Shown: in pieces, positions 37,245 through 45,268 of the stretch
Layout of the letters: the number at the start of each line of letters is the position of its first letter
How positions within the stretch are numbered: position 1 is the stretch's first letter
NCBI GenBank assembly: GCA_026387795.1
Contig: JAPLLA010000051.1
Span: 15,194-60,461 of the forward strand
From: Candidatus Saganbacteria bacterium
GTDB taxonomy: Bacteria > Margulisbacteria > WOR-1 > JAPLLA01
Direction: 5' to 3'
Length of the DNA stretch: 45,268 nucleotides
Translations under genes and position numbers: made by a program
Notes under the pieces: generated by a model
What the model was told of the DNA's origin: nothing
Database searches by the model: none
Seen by the model: only the letters and a program-made list of their open reading frames with translations

Positions 37245-37904
37245 ATGCAACAAGTAGTGCTCGATTCCATTTCCATGGTGTCCCTCAAAGTCTTGATCCC
37301 TCTCCAAATGTTAATTACTGCTTTAATTTTGATCCTGATCGGATGGTTAGCTGCAAAACTGCTTCAATATTTGGTGGTTTTAGTCTTAAAAGCAGTAAAG
37401 TTTGACGAGGTTTTACAATCTATTAAATTTGACCGGATACTAACCAAAGGAGAGCTTAAAAAAACTGCTTCGGAACTTTTAGGCGAAATGGCTTATTGGC
37501 TGGTTCTGATCATTTCGGTTCTAGGAGTAGCTGGTGCGTTTGGGATTGGTTTTGCGGTTAACACACTTGATGGGATGATTAAATATACAACAGTAGTTTT
37601 TTCTGCTGCAATTGTTTTGGGGTTGGCTGCATTTTTGGCTACGCTTCTTTCCGAATTGGTCAGATTCATTATGCTTAATCTGGATTTACCCTATGCCAAG
37701 ACCATTGGACGCATTGTTAGTTATGCGGTACTGACTTTTGGTTTTATGATTGCACTTGGCCAGTTTGGTTTTGACCTGAACTGGATCACTGTCAATATTA
37801 GCGTAGTAGTGGGGGCAGTTGGCCTGGGTGCTGCAATTGCGTTTGGCTTGGGTTGCAAAGATTTGGCTTCGGATTTCTTGTATAATTTGTTTAAGGGGAG
37901 GTAA
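37245..37904 (+). CDS. CmpX-like / mechanosensitive-channel TM-helix membrane protein
   Basis: Two ALILI..GW..A-type helix repeats, IAL.QFG, GAAIAFGLGCKD. No MscS cytoplasmic cage domain. Confidence 0.65.
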   Translation: MQQVVLDSISMVSLKVLIPLQMLITALILILIGWLAAKLLQYLVVLVLKAVKFDEVLQSIKFDRILTKGELKKTASELLGEMAYWLVLIISVLGVAGAFGIGFAVNTLDGMIKYTTVVFSAAIVLGLAAFLATLLSELVRFIMLNLDLPYAKTIGRIVSYAVLTFGFMIALGQFGFDLNWITVNISVVVGAVGLGAAIAFGLGCKDLASDFLYNLFKGR

Positions 37905-37907
37905 GGG

Positions 37908-38420
37908 ATGAAAAAGATCCTAATTGTTTTATTTGCATCTTTGTTTCTGGTTTCATTTTTTGCAATAGGTTCTTTTGCAGCAACCGCAGTAGCGGAAAAG
38001 TCTGGTCAATTGGGGTTTGGAGTATCCAGCGGTGTTAACAATGGTATTCCTTCGGTGCGGTACTATTTTAACGAAACTATGGCAGGGGAACTGGGTTTTT
38101 CCCTTACTAATGCTTCATCAACTACACAGTTGCAAATCGGGGCTTCTTTAACTAATGATTTTGTTACTGATCAAAAGGTTAAGGCACACTGGGGTGGGAC
38201 ATTGGCTTATACCAGCAATGTAGTAGCAGCAAGTACAAATAGCATTACTCTTGCGGGTATTTTGGGGGTTGAAGCTTTTATTCTCCCCAAATTCAGCCTG
38301 ACAGTAGATATTATTCCATTGTCATATACTATGGTTAATGCCAATGGTAACCAGACCAATATTTTGCAGATTGGAAGTGCAACAAGCACTATTATTTCGA
38401 GCTTCCATTATTATTTATAA
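37908..38420 (+). CDS. Putative small outer-membrane beta-barrel protein
   Basis: Signal peptide ending SFA, amphipathic strands, LGVEAFI, C-terminal FHYYL. Confidence 0.6.
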   Translation: MKKILIVLFASLFLVSFFAIGSFAATAVAEKSGQLGFGVSSGVNNGIPSVRYYFNETMAGELGFSLTNASSTTQLQIGASLTNDFVTDQKVKAHWGGTLAYTSNVVAASTNSITLAGILGVEAFILPKFSLTVDIIPLSYTMVNANGNQTNILQIGSATSTIISSFHYYL

Positions 38421-38481
38421 AGGGGGTGAGAACCGCATAATATAGGAGAAATTGTTTTTGATTTTATTTAAGGAGGTTGAC

Positions 38482-39312
38482 GTGAAAAAATTAGTAATTT
38501 TAGCGATTATCGCGATGGTTGTTTTACAAGCCGCAGCGTTTGCTGTAAAGCTCGAAGAAAAACCTGGAGTATTAGGAAAAGGTGCTTGGGATTTGGAAGC
38601 TGACCTCCAATACTATCTGTATGGTGCTTATATTAATGCAGCTGGCACTTCTACAACAATGCCAGGGGGTTACAGCTTTACAGAATTAAGTATTCCTTTA
38701 GCCGCTTATTATGGTTTGGGCAACAATTGGCAATTAGGAATAGCTCTTCCTTATAGGAACCTTAGCTATACTCCTGGAACTGGTATAGCAGCTATAACTG
38801 GTTCTGGTCTCGGCGATACCACACTTAGTGGTAAGTACCAGTTAAATAATATGGCAGCAGTAGAGTTAGATGTTAAGCTTGGAACTGGCCAACACACGGG
38901 TGGGAATGCAATACAAGACATACTTGGTACTGGCAGCTCAGATATTGGATTAAAAGCAGTACTTGGAAATGCCATGTGGAATGGTATGTGGTATGGAACC
39001 ATTGGTTATACAGTAACTGGTGATGATACCAATAAGAGCAATATGGGCGACTACTGGACCCTGAATGCTGCTTGTGATTATGGGATCAACAAAACCCTTA
39101 ATTTCACAGGTGGTCTTTATTCCAACTGGGGTTGCGATGGAAAAACTCTTAATGTCGCATCTGCTGGAATTACCGCTGCAGCTTTAAAGATTGGGCTTGA
39201 AAATCAATTCAATCCTAACTTACTCGGCAGAGCAAGTGTTGCCATGGGTATTTATGGAAAGAATACTTATGCCGCAACTGTGATCCAAGCAGGTCTAGTT
39301 TACAACCTGTAA
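38482..39312 (+). CDS. Putative outer-membrane beta-barrel transporter (MetA-pathway/CoxB-like)
   Basis: SD AAGGAGGT before GTG 38482, signal peptide ending AFA, YGL..NW.L...LPY, GLGDTTLSGKY, KLGTG, LGTGS.D, C-terminal GLVYNL. Confidence 0.65.
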   Translation: MKKLVILAIIAMVVLQAAAFAVKLEEKPGVLGKGAWDLEADLQYYLYGAYINAAGTSTTMPGGYSFTELSIPLAAYYGLGNNWQLGIALPYRNLSYTPGTGIAAITGSGLGDTTLSGKYQLNNMAAVELDVKLGTGQHTGGNAIQDILGTGSSDIGLKAVLGNAMWNGMWYGTIGYTVTGDDTNKSNMGDYWTLNAACDYGINKTLNFTGGLYSNWGCDGKTLNVASAGITAAALKIGLENQFNPNLLGRASVAMGIYGKNTYAATVIQAGLVYNL

Positions 39313-39346
39313 TTTGTAAGGTTTTAGTTTAGCTTCGTTTCTTAGG

Positions 39347-39381
39347 AGGCCTCGAACACAAAAGTTCGGGGCCTTTTTTTT
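39347..39381 (+). terminator. Intrinsic terminator
   Basis: AGGCCTCGAAC-ACAAAA-GTTCGGGGCCT followed by a T-run, after the beta-barrel gene. Confidence 0.85.
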
Positions 39382-39384
39382 GCA

Positions 39385-39413
39385 TTGAGGTTTCCTTGTA
39401 AAAATGGTAAAAT
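39385..39413 (+). promoter_or_regulatory. Putative promoter of the mraY-mur operon, TTGAGG-N17-TAAAAT
   Basis: TTGAGG at 39385-39390, TGg then TAAAAT at 39408-39413. Confidence 0.5.
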
Positions 39414-39444
39414 CTCGTAAAGAACAGAGGGATGGAGTGCAATT

Positions 39445-40401
39445 TTGTTTGGGTTAACACTGCTTTTACTGGTTTCGTTTGCGGTTTCCTTTTTCTGCAT
39501 GTACCTCTTGCTTCCTGTTTTAAGATTTTTTAAAGTAGGGCAGAAGGTGCGCCAGGAAGGGCCGGCTGGCCATGCTGGTAAAAGCGGCACCCCAACTATG
39601 GGAGGAATTGGAATTATCCTGACGCTCTTAGTCTGTTCCTTTATCTTCCTTGATTTAGACTTGAACCCCTCTATTTTTGCACTTTTGCTGGTTACAATAG
39701 GCTTTGGGGTGATTGGTTTTTTGGATGATTTGATAAAGTTTAAAAATCACTCGAATCAGGGTTTTTTTGGTTGGCAGAAATTCTGGCTGCAAGTTGCAGT
39801 TGCGTTTTCTTTTTCTTTGTTCATCCTATCAGCTTCTAATCAATTCTTTGCTTCTCCGGATTACATCAAAACACTCTTTTTGGGACTGCCGGTTCTATAT
39901 CTATTGTTTTTGGCTTTTATGATTGTAGGATCTGCCAATGCTACTAATTTAAATGACGGGTTGGATGGGCTCCTTGCAGGGTGTTCTACCATCTCGCTCT
40001 TGGCATTTAGTTTGATCTGTTTGAAACAAGATCAAATGGGATTGGCATCTTTTGCTGTAATTGGGGCAGGAGCAATGCTTGGTTTTCTTTGGTACAATCG
40101 ATATCCTGCAAAAGTCTTTATGGGAGACGCAGGGTCTTTAGCCATTGGGGCATTTCTATCCGGGATCGCGATCCTTTCTCACCGCGAGTTTTTGCTGCTT
40201 TTAATTGGTTTTCCTTTTGTTATAGAGACTCTTTCGGTAATACTGCAAGTTGCTTCTTTTAAGATCTTTAAGAAAAGGATTTTTAAAATGGCACCGCTCC
40301 ATCACCATTTTGAACTTTGCGGGATGAAGGAGACAAAAATAGTTTATATGTTTTGGGTGGTTACGTTTGTTTGCGGTGCAATTGCGGTTATAATGGCATA
40401 G
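39445..40401 (+). CDS. mraY: Phospho-N-acetylmuramoyl-pentapeptide transferase
   Basis: GQKVRQEGP..H..KSGTPTMGG, GFLDD, NATNLNDGLDGL, PAKVFMGD.GS, ETLSVILQV, FKMAPLHHHFE. Confidence 0.96.
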   Translation: MFGLTLLLLVSFAVSFFCMYLLLPVLRFFKVGQKVRQEGPAGHAGKSGTPTMGGIGIILTLLVCSFIFLDLDLNPSIFALLLVTIGFGVIGFLDDLIKFKNHSNQGFFGWQKFWLQVAVAFSFSLFILSASNQFFASPDYIKTLFLGLPVLYLLFLAFMIVGSANATNLNDGLDGLLAGCSTISLLAFSLICLKQDQMGLASFAVIGAGAMLGFLWYNRYPAKVFMGDAGSLAIGAFLSGIAILSHREFLLLLIGFPFVIETLSVILQVASFKIFKKRIFKMAPLHHHFELCGMKETKIVYMFWVVTFVCGAIAVIMA

Positions 40402-40412
40402 AGATAAAGGAG

Positions 40413-40503
40413 TTGGAAACCTGAGGCTGAACGCCTCGGTTTCCAAAACGTTTTCTTGTAGGAATAGGAAACCGCCCCGGTTTACCGGGGCAGGTTTCCT
40501 ATT
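40413..40503. repeat. REP/BIME-like double-hairpin element, copy 2 (mraY-murD intergenic)
   Basis: TTGGAAACC-T-GAGGC-TGAAC-GCCTC-GGTTTCCAA, then a 22-nt spacer between the cores, then GGAAACC-GCCCCGG-TTTA-CCGGGGC-A-GGTTTCC. Confidence 0.85.
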
Positions 40504-40520
40504 AGAAGGAATAATGCACA

Positions 40521-41892
40521 ATGTTTGATTTAAGGGATAAAAAAGTTACGGTCTTTGGGTTGGGCAAAAGCGGGATTGCAGCAGCCAAGCGGCTAGTTAA
40601 TTTGGGGGCCAAAGTTTTTGTTACAGATGAATTTGCTGCAACTAGGTTTGATCAAGTAGTGCTTGCGGAATTAACTGGTCTGGGGGTAGAGATAGAGCTT
40701 GAGGGCCACACTGAAAAAACAGTGGATGAGGCAGACCTAATAATTTTAAGCCCTGGAGTACATTTGGATTTGGTGCTTTTAGAAGAAGCTCGAAGAAAGA
40801 GTATTCCGGTTATTTCTGAAATAGAACTCGCATATAATCTTTTAACTAAACCGATCATTGCTATTACCGGTACCAATGGCAAAACCACTACCACGACTTT
40901 GATTGGAGCATTACTCAAAGAGCATGGTTATAGGGTAGAAGTAGTGGGAAACATCGGTACCCCTTTGATTTCCGTGCATGATCAGGACCTGGATTATATT
41001 GTTACAGAAGTAAGCAGTTACCAGTTGGAAGGGATTGTTGATTTCCGACCCTATATCAGCTTGATTCTAAATATTACCCCTGACCATCTTGAGCGGCACA
41101 AGACCATGCATGCTTATGCTTCAAGTAAAGCCAATGTTTTTAAAAACCAAAAGCAAGGTGATTTTCTGGTTTATAATCTTGACCAACCGCCAGTCAAAAA
41201 GGTTGTTCCGGATAATTCTTTATTTTCCGCTCTCCCTTTTAGCAGAAAAAAAAGCCTGGATAAGGGGATGTTTGTAAAAAGAGGGAAACTGATTGTTAAA
41301 CAAAAGCAGGAAGAAGAGATTATGGATAAAAAGAAAATCTTTTTGAAAGGGGAGCATAATCTGGAAAATTGTTTGGCAGCTGCAATGGTTGCAAGATTGT
41401 GCGGGGTTTCTTCTGCTACTATTGCCAAAGTGTTGGAAGAATTTAGGGGAGTAGAACATCGCATTGAATATGTTACACGCATACATGGAATATCTTTTTA
41501 TAATGATTCCAAAGGTACCAATCCTGATTCCACGGTTGTAGCTTTAAAAGCACTTGCTCCCCGTATTACCGGAGGGAGAAAACCAGTGGTTTTAATTGCC
41601 GGTGGTAAGGATAAGGGACTGGAACTTTTGCCCATGGTCAAAGAAATCCAGTGCCGAGCCAAGGCAGTAGTGCTTTTGGGAGAGGCTAAGGAGCGCTTTC
41701 GGGATGAACTGATCCGCGCAGGATATAGTGATGTGTTTTTGGAGTCTTCCATGCAGTCCGCGGTGGAAAAGGCGCTTGATGTGGCAGAAAGGTTCCAGTT
41801 TTGATATGTTTACCAATTATGAGGAGAGGGGCAGGGTCTTTAAACAGATTGTTTTGGACTTGGAAAAAACGGAACATGAAAAAAAACGCTGA
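40521..41892 (+). CDS. murD: UDP-N-acetylmuramoyl-L-alanine--D-glutamate ligase, apparent deletion/frameshift near the C-terminus
   Basis: GLGKSG, SPGV, ITGTNGKTTT, EVSSYQL, NITPDHLERH, HRIE, NDSKGTN, IAGGKDKG. In-frame stop at 41802-41804, but the conserved tail SSFDMFTNYEERGRVFK is in another frame that ends at 41892. Confidence 0.9.
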
Positions 41893-42967
41893 TTATATTT
41901 TAATGTTTACAGCTTTCTCCTTGGTTTCTATTGGAATCTTAATGATTTTTACTGCTAGCCCTGCTTTGGGTCTTTCTGCAGGGGATCCTTTTTATTTTCT
42001 AAAGCGGCATGTTTTGTCTGTGATGGTTGGTTTGGGCGCTTTTTGGATGGGGATGAAAATCAACATTGAAACCTGGAGAAAGTGGAGCTGGCATCTTTTG
42101 GGTTTAAACATGTTTTTGCTCCTTTTGATTTTTGTCCCGCATGTGGGGGTTTCGATCAGCGGTGCCAGGCGTTGGCTTGATTTTGGTCTGTTTACCATAC
42201 AGCCAAGCGAAATTGCCAAATTTATCACCGTCCTGTTTTTAGCGGATGTTCTTTCCAATGAAAAACTAAAACTAAAGGATTTCTGGAAAGGGTTTTTTCC
42301 TTATCTTTTTATTATTCTAGCCATGTGCGGATTGATATTTCTTGAGCCGGATTTAGGGACGGTCATGATTATTGTGGCCATTACTATGACCCTTTTTTTT
42401 GTGGCAGGGGCAGAACTTTCCCATTTAGGAGTTTTATTTGGTTTGGGGGTTTTGGGGATTATTGCGGTCAGCCTTAAAAGTGCGTATCGTTTGAAGCGTT
42501 TTGTTGCATATCTGGATCCATGGAAAGATCCGCAGGGGTCGGGTTTTCATATTATCCAATCCCTTTTGGCGGTGGGGTCCGGTGGGATTTTTGGATTAGG
42601 ACTCGGCCAATCAAAGCAAAAGTTCTTCTATCTGCCTCAGCAGACCACTGATTTTATTTTTGCCATACTTTGTGAAGAGACCGGATTAATTGGTGCAACC
42701 ATAGTAGTCCTTTTGTTCCTTGGTTTTGTTTTACGGGCTTTAAAAATTGCCAGGGAAGCGCCCAGCCGTTTTTATATGCTCATGGCTACAGGCGCTACCA
42801 TGTGGATTGCTATCCAGGCGTTTTTAAACCTTTCGGTTGTAATAGGGCTTCTGCCTACTACCGGGATTCCTCTTCCTTTTATTAGTTATGGTGGAACCTC
42901 AATTGTTATGCTTCTTTTTATGGTGGGGATGTTGGTCAGAATTTCCTCCTTAGGAAATAAAGTATGA
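41876..42967 (+). CDS. ftsW: Cell division SEDS glycosyltransferase
   Basis: GARRW, QPSEIAK, EPDLG, YR.KR...LDPWKDP.GSGFHIIQSLLAVGSGG, GLGQSKQK.FYLP, TDFIFAI..EE, GIPLPFISYGG. Start ATG 41876, because the upstream extension overlaps the murD tail. Confidence 0.95.
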   Translation: MKKNADYILMFTAFSLVSIGILMIFTASPALGLSAGDPFYFLKRHVLSVMVGLGAFWMGMKINIETWRKWSWHLLGLNMFLLLLIFVPHVGVSISGARRWLDFGLFTIQPSEIAKFITVLFLADVLSNEKLKLKDFWKGFFPYLFIILAMCGLIFLEPDLGTVMIIVAITMTLFFVAGAELSHLGVLFGLGVLGIIAVSLKSAYRLKRFVAYLDPWKDPQGSGFHIIQSLLAVGSGGIFGLGLGQSKQKFFYLPQQTTDFIFAILCEETGLIGATIVVLLFLGFVLRALKIAREAPSRFYMLMATGATMWIAIQAFLNLSVVIGLLPTTGIPLPFISYGGTSIVMLLFMVGMLVRISSLGNKV

Positions 42968-44049
42968 AAATAGTGATTGCCTGCGGTGGAACGGGCGGAC
43001 ATATCTATCCTGCTTTGGCCTTGGCAGAAAGAATAACTGAAAAGCGGATTGCGGAACCGATTTTTATTGTAGGAAAAGAAGGATTAGAAGCTAAAATTGT
43101 GGGAAGGGAAGGGTATTCTTTTTTCACGGTGAGCGCACGCGGTCTTAAACGCAAGCTTTCTTATCAGGCGTTATCTGCCCCTTTTGTCACTCTGCTTGGT
43201 TTTTTTCAGGCTTTTTCCGTATTAAAAAAAATTAGGCCTAATGTAGTTATTGCTACTGGAGGTTATGTTAGTCTGCCGGTTGTGACAGCTGCTTTTTTGC
43301 TTAAGATCCCTGCCATGCTTTTGGAGCAAAATGCAATCCTTGGGGTTTCTAATCGGATGCTTCTCCCTTTAGTAAAATATATTGCAGTTTCTTTTGCTGA
43401 GACTGGGCGTAGGTATCCTAATTCTAAAATTGTTGTTACCGGCAACCCTGTGAGGAAAAGAATTATTGAAAAACAAAAAAAAGAAGCTTTACGGGAATTA
43501 GGATTAGACCCAAATAAAAAAGTCCTGTTAGTTGTAGGAGGAAGCCAAGGGGCAAAGAGTATTAACCGGTTAATGGTTGAGATGTATCCCCTTTTTAAAA
43601 ATGCAGATTTTCAAGTGCTGCACATTGCAGGGAGCAGGGATTTTGTTTGGGTAAAAGAAGTGGTAGACAAGGATTCTTTTTCGCATTATAAGCTATACGA
43701 TTATGTTTTTGACATGGCCCCTTTTTATGCTGCTGCGGATCTAGTGCTATCTAGGGCAGGAGCAACTGCTATAGCGGAAATCATGGCCAGGCACATCCCT
43801 TCGGTTTTGATCCCTTTTCCTTATGCAGCAGAAAACCATCAAGAACTAAATGCCGAGATTTTAAAAGGGGAGGGTGCCACGGAAGTGTGTTTGGAAAAAG
43901 GATTAAAAGCGGAAAACTTATTTAAAGTGATAGTTGATATTATTTCCAATGATGCTAGATTGTCTTTGATGTCAAAGGGATGCCAAAAAGTACAGCCAAT
44001 AGATGCTACGGATCAAGTGTTAACTTTACTGGGGAAATTAGGGGCATAA
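42964..44049 (+). CDS. murG: Undecaprenyldiphospho-muramoylpentapeptide beta-N-acetylglucosaminyltransferase
   Basis: GGTGGHIYPA, GGYVS.P, EQN, TGNPVR, GGSQGA, SRAGA, IPFP, HQ..NA. Confidence 0.97.
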   Translation: MKIVIACGGTGGHIYPALALAERITEKRIAEPIFIVGKEGLEAKIVGREGYSFFTVSARGLKRKLSYQALSAPFVTLLGFFQAFSVLKKIRPNVVIATGGYVSLPVVTAAFLLKIPAMLLEQNAILGVSNRMLLPLVKYIAVSFAETGRRYPNSKIVVTGNPVRKRIIEKQKKEALRELGLDPNKKVLLVVGGSQGAKSINRLMVEMYPLFKNADFQVLHIAGSRDFVWVKEVVDKDSFSHYKLYDYVFDMAPFYAAADLVLSRAGATAIAEIMARHIPSVLIPFPYAAENHQELNAEILKGEGATEVCLEKGLKAENLFKVIVDIISNDARLSLMSKGCQKVQPIDATDQVLTLLGKLGA

Positions 44050-44052
44050 TCA

Positions 44053-45268
44053 ATGGCAAAACCAAAAATGGAACGAGTTAAAAATGTGCATTTATTGGGG
44101 ATTGGTGGGGTTGGTGTAAGCGCCATTGCCAAGATCCTTTTTCAGATGGGTTTTCAGGTTTCCGGATCCGATGTAAAAGAATCTTCCAACACAATGCGTC
44201 TTAAGGATTTAGGTGTTAAGGTTTTTATTGACCACGATCCTTCCCAGGTACGCTTTGCAGATATGGTTGTGTATTCCTCTGCAGTGGCTGCGAATAATGT
44301 GGAAATGCAAGAAGCTCGTGCGCGGGATATTCCTATTTACCAAAGGGCAGAAGTTTTAGCTTGGATCATGGACCAGTTTCCAAAGCGTATTGCTGTGGCT
44401 GGGACACACGGTAAAACCACTACCAGTTCCATGTTGGCGCATATCTTTTCGGATTTAGGCTATGACCCTACTTTTTTAATTGGTGCGCAGATGGACCATA
44501 ATGAAGGAAATGCCAAGTTGGGCAAGGGGCAGATGGTGGTTGCAGAAGCGGATGAAAGCGATAAGTCTTTTCTCTGTCTTAATCCAAATATTGAGGTCAT
44601 TACAAATATAGAAACAGACCATATGGAAAATTTTGGTACCTTGGATAAGATCCTCCAAGTCTTCCAGGAATTTGCCGGAAAATTGGGGAGGGGAGATCGT
44701 TTGGTCCTTTGCGGGGACCAGGAAAACAACCAATGGTTAATGAAAAAACTGTCGAAAGAGATTGAACTCATTACTTATGGTTTAAATCCGGGGAACATTT
44801 GGCAGGCGCAAAAAATGAAGTTTTTTGAAATCAGCTCTTCTTTTGAGGTCTATAAAGAAGGGGTTTTAAAAGGTGAAATGTTCCTATCTATTCCCGGATG
44901 GCAAAATGTTTTGAATAGTTTAGCTGCGATTACTGTTTCGGATTTGTTCGGCTGCGACCTCAACTTAGTGTTTGGAAGCCTTCGGACTTTTAAAGGAGCG
45001 GAGCGCAGGTTTCAATTGATTGGAGAGATAAATGATGTTTTGGTTTTTGATGATTATGCTCATCATCCCACGGAAATTAGGGCAACCATTGATGCGGCCA
45101 AAAAGGGGTGGCCAAACCGCAGGGTGATTTGTGTTTTCCAGCCCCATCGTTTTACGCGCACATTTTTCCTGCGCAAAGAGTTTGGCCCTGCTTTTGATTT
45201 GGCGGATGATGTGATTATTACCGATATCTATAGTGCGGGTGAAATGCCAATACAAGATATTACAGGTG
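44053..45268 (+). CDS. murC: UDP-N-acetylmuramate--L-alanine ligase, 3'-partial (missing from the ORF track)
   Basis: Translated by hand from ATG 44053: HFIGIGGVGVSAIA, VSGSD, YSSAV, AGTHGKTTTSSM, EADESD, DDYAHHPTEI, FQPHRFTRT. Runs off the window end. Confidence 0.95.
   Translation, partial: MAKPKMERVKNVHLLGIGGVGVSAIAKILFQMGFQVSGSDVKESSNTMRLKDLGVKVFIDHDPSQVRFADMVVYSSAVAANNVEMQEARARDIPIYQRAEVLAWIMDQFPKRIAVAGTHGKTTTSSMLAHIFSDLGYDPTFLIGAQMDHNEGNAKLGKGQMVVAEADESDKSFLCLNPNIEVITNIETDHMENFGTLDKILQVFQEFAGKLGRGDRLVLCGDQENNQWLMKKLSKEIELITYGLNPGNIWQAQKMKFFEISSSFEVYKEGVLKGEMFLSIPGWQNVLNSLAAITVSDLFGCDLNLVFGSLRTFKGAERRFQLIGEINDVLVFDDYAHHPTEIRATIDAAKKGWPNRRVICVFQPHRFTRTFFLRKEFGPAFDLADDVIITDIYSAGEMPIQDITG

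Noticed and set aside
39342-39590. 82-aa minus-strand ORF
   Set aside because: It overlaps mraY, its promoter and a terminator, with no supporting features.
41802-41804. TGA in murD as a selenocysteine or readthrough site
   Set aside because: The conserved continuation is in a different frame and residues are missing, so readthrough would not restore MurD.
41801-41875. 25-aa N-terminal extension of FtsW from TTG 41801
   Set aside because: This DNA encodes the displaced MurD tail in another frame. ATG 41876 fits FtsW better.

Overview
AT-rich bacterial chromosomal segment from a diderm organism. The SecG and RodA sequences resemble cyanobacterial ones, which tentatively suggests a non-photosynthetic cyanobacterial relative such as Margulisbacteria/Saganbacteria. 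Bases 1-18.8 kb hold the 3' part of a large surface-polysaccharide locus: eight GT2/GT4 glycosyltransferases, a PseB/CapD-like dehydratase, an epimerase, Wzy/WaaL, a WcaJ-type initiating transferase, VanZ, DUF218 and a nucleotidyltransferase-NMP-kinase fusion. Next come a type IV AbiE toxin-antitoxin pair, a GGR-type reductase, an M24 peptidase, ispD, two half-size TauE genes, trpE, rodA, an LptC/LptA-like gene and an MBOAT+SGNH cassette. The rest holds gap-pgk, tRNA-Ala(CGC), a HEPN/MNT toxin-antitoxin pair, gpmI, secG, two beta-barrel proteins and mraY-murD-ftsW-murG-murC (partial). Main oddities read from the sequence: (1) a covarying, polarised REP-like double-hairpin element present twice with an identical 22-nt spacer length; (2) a 121-bp periodic GGAT/ATCC imperfect palindrome; (3) an MBOAT gene that appears to start at ATT; (4) murD with its conserved tail shifted out of frame by an apparent deletion; (5) a GAPDH of the trypanosomatid-glycosomal/spirochaete type; (6) many leaderless or near-leaderless promoters, including a divergent pair sharing one -35 site. 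No CRISPR array, integrase or transposase was seen.
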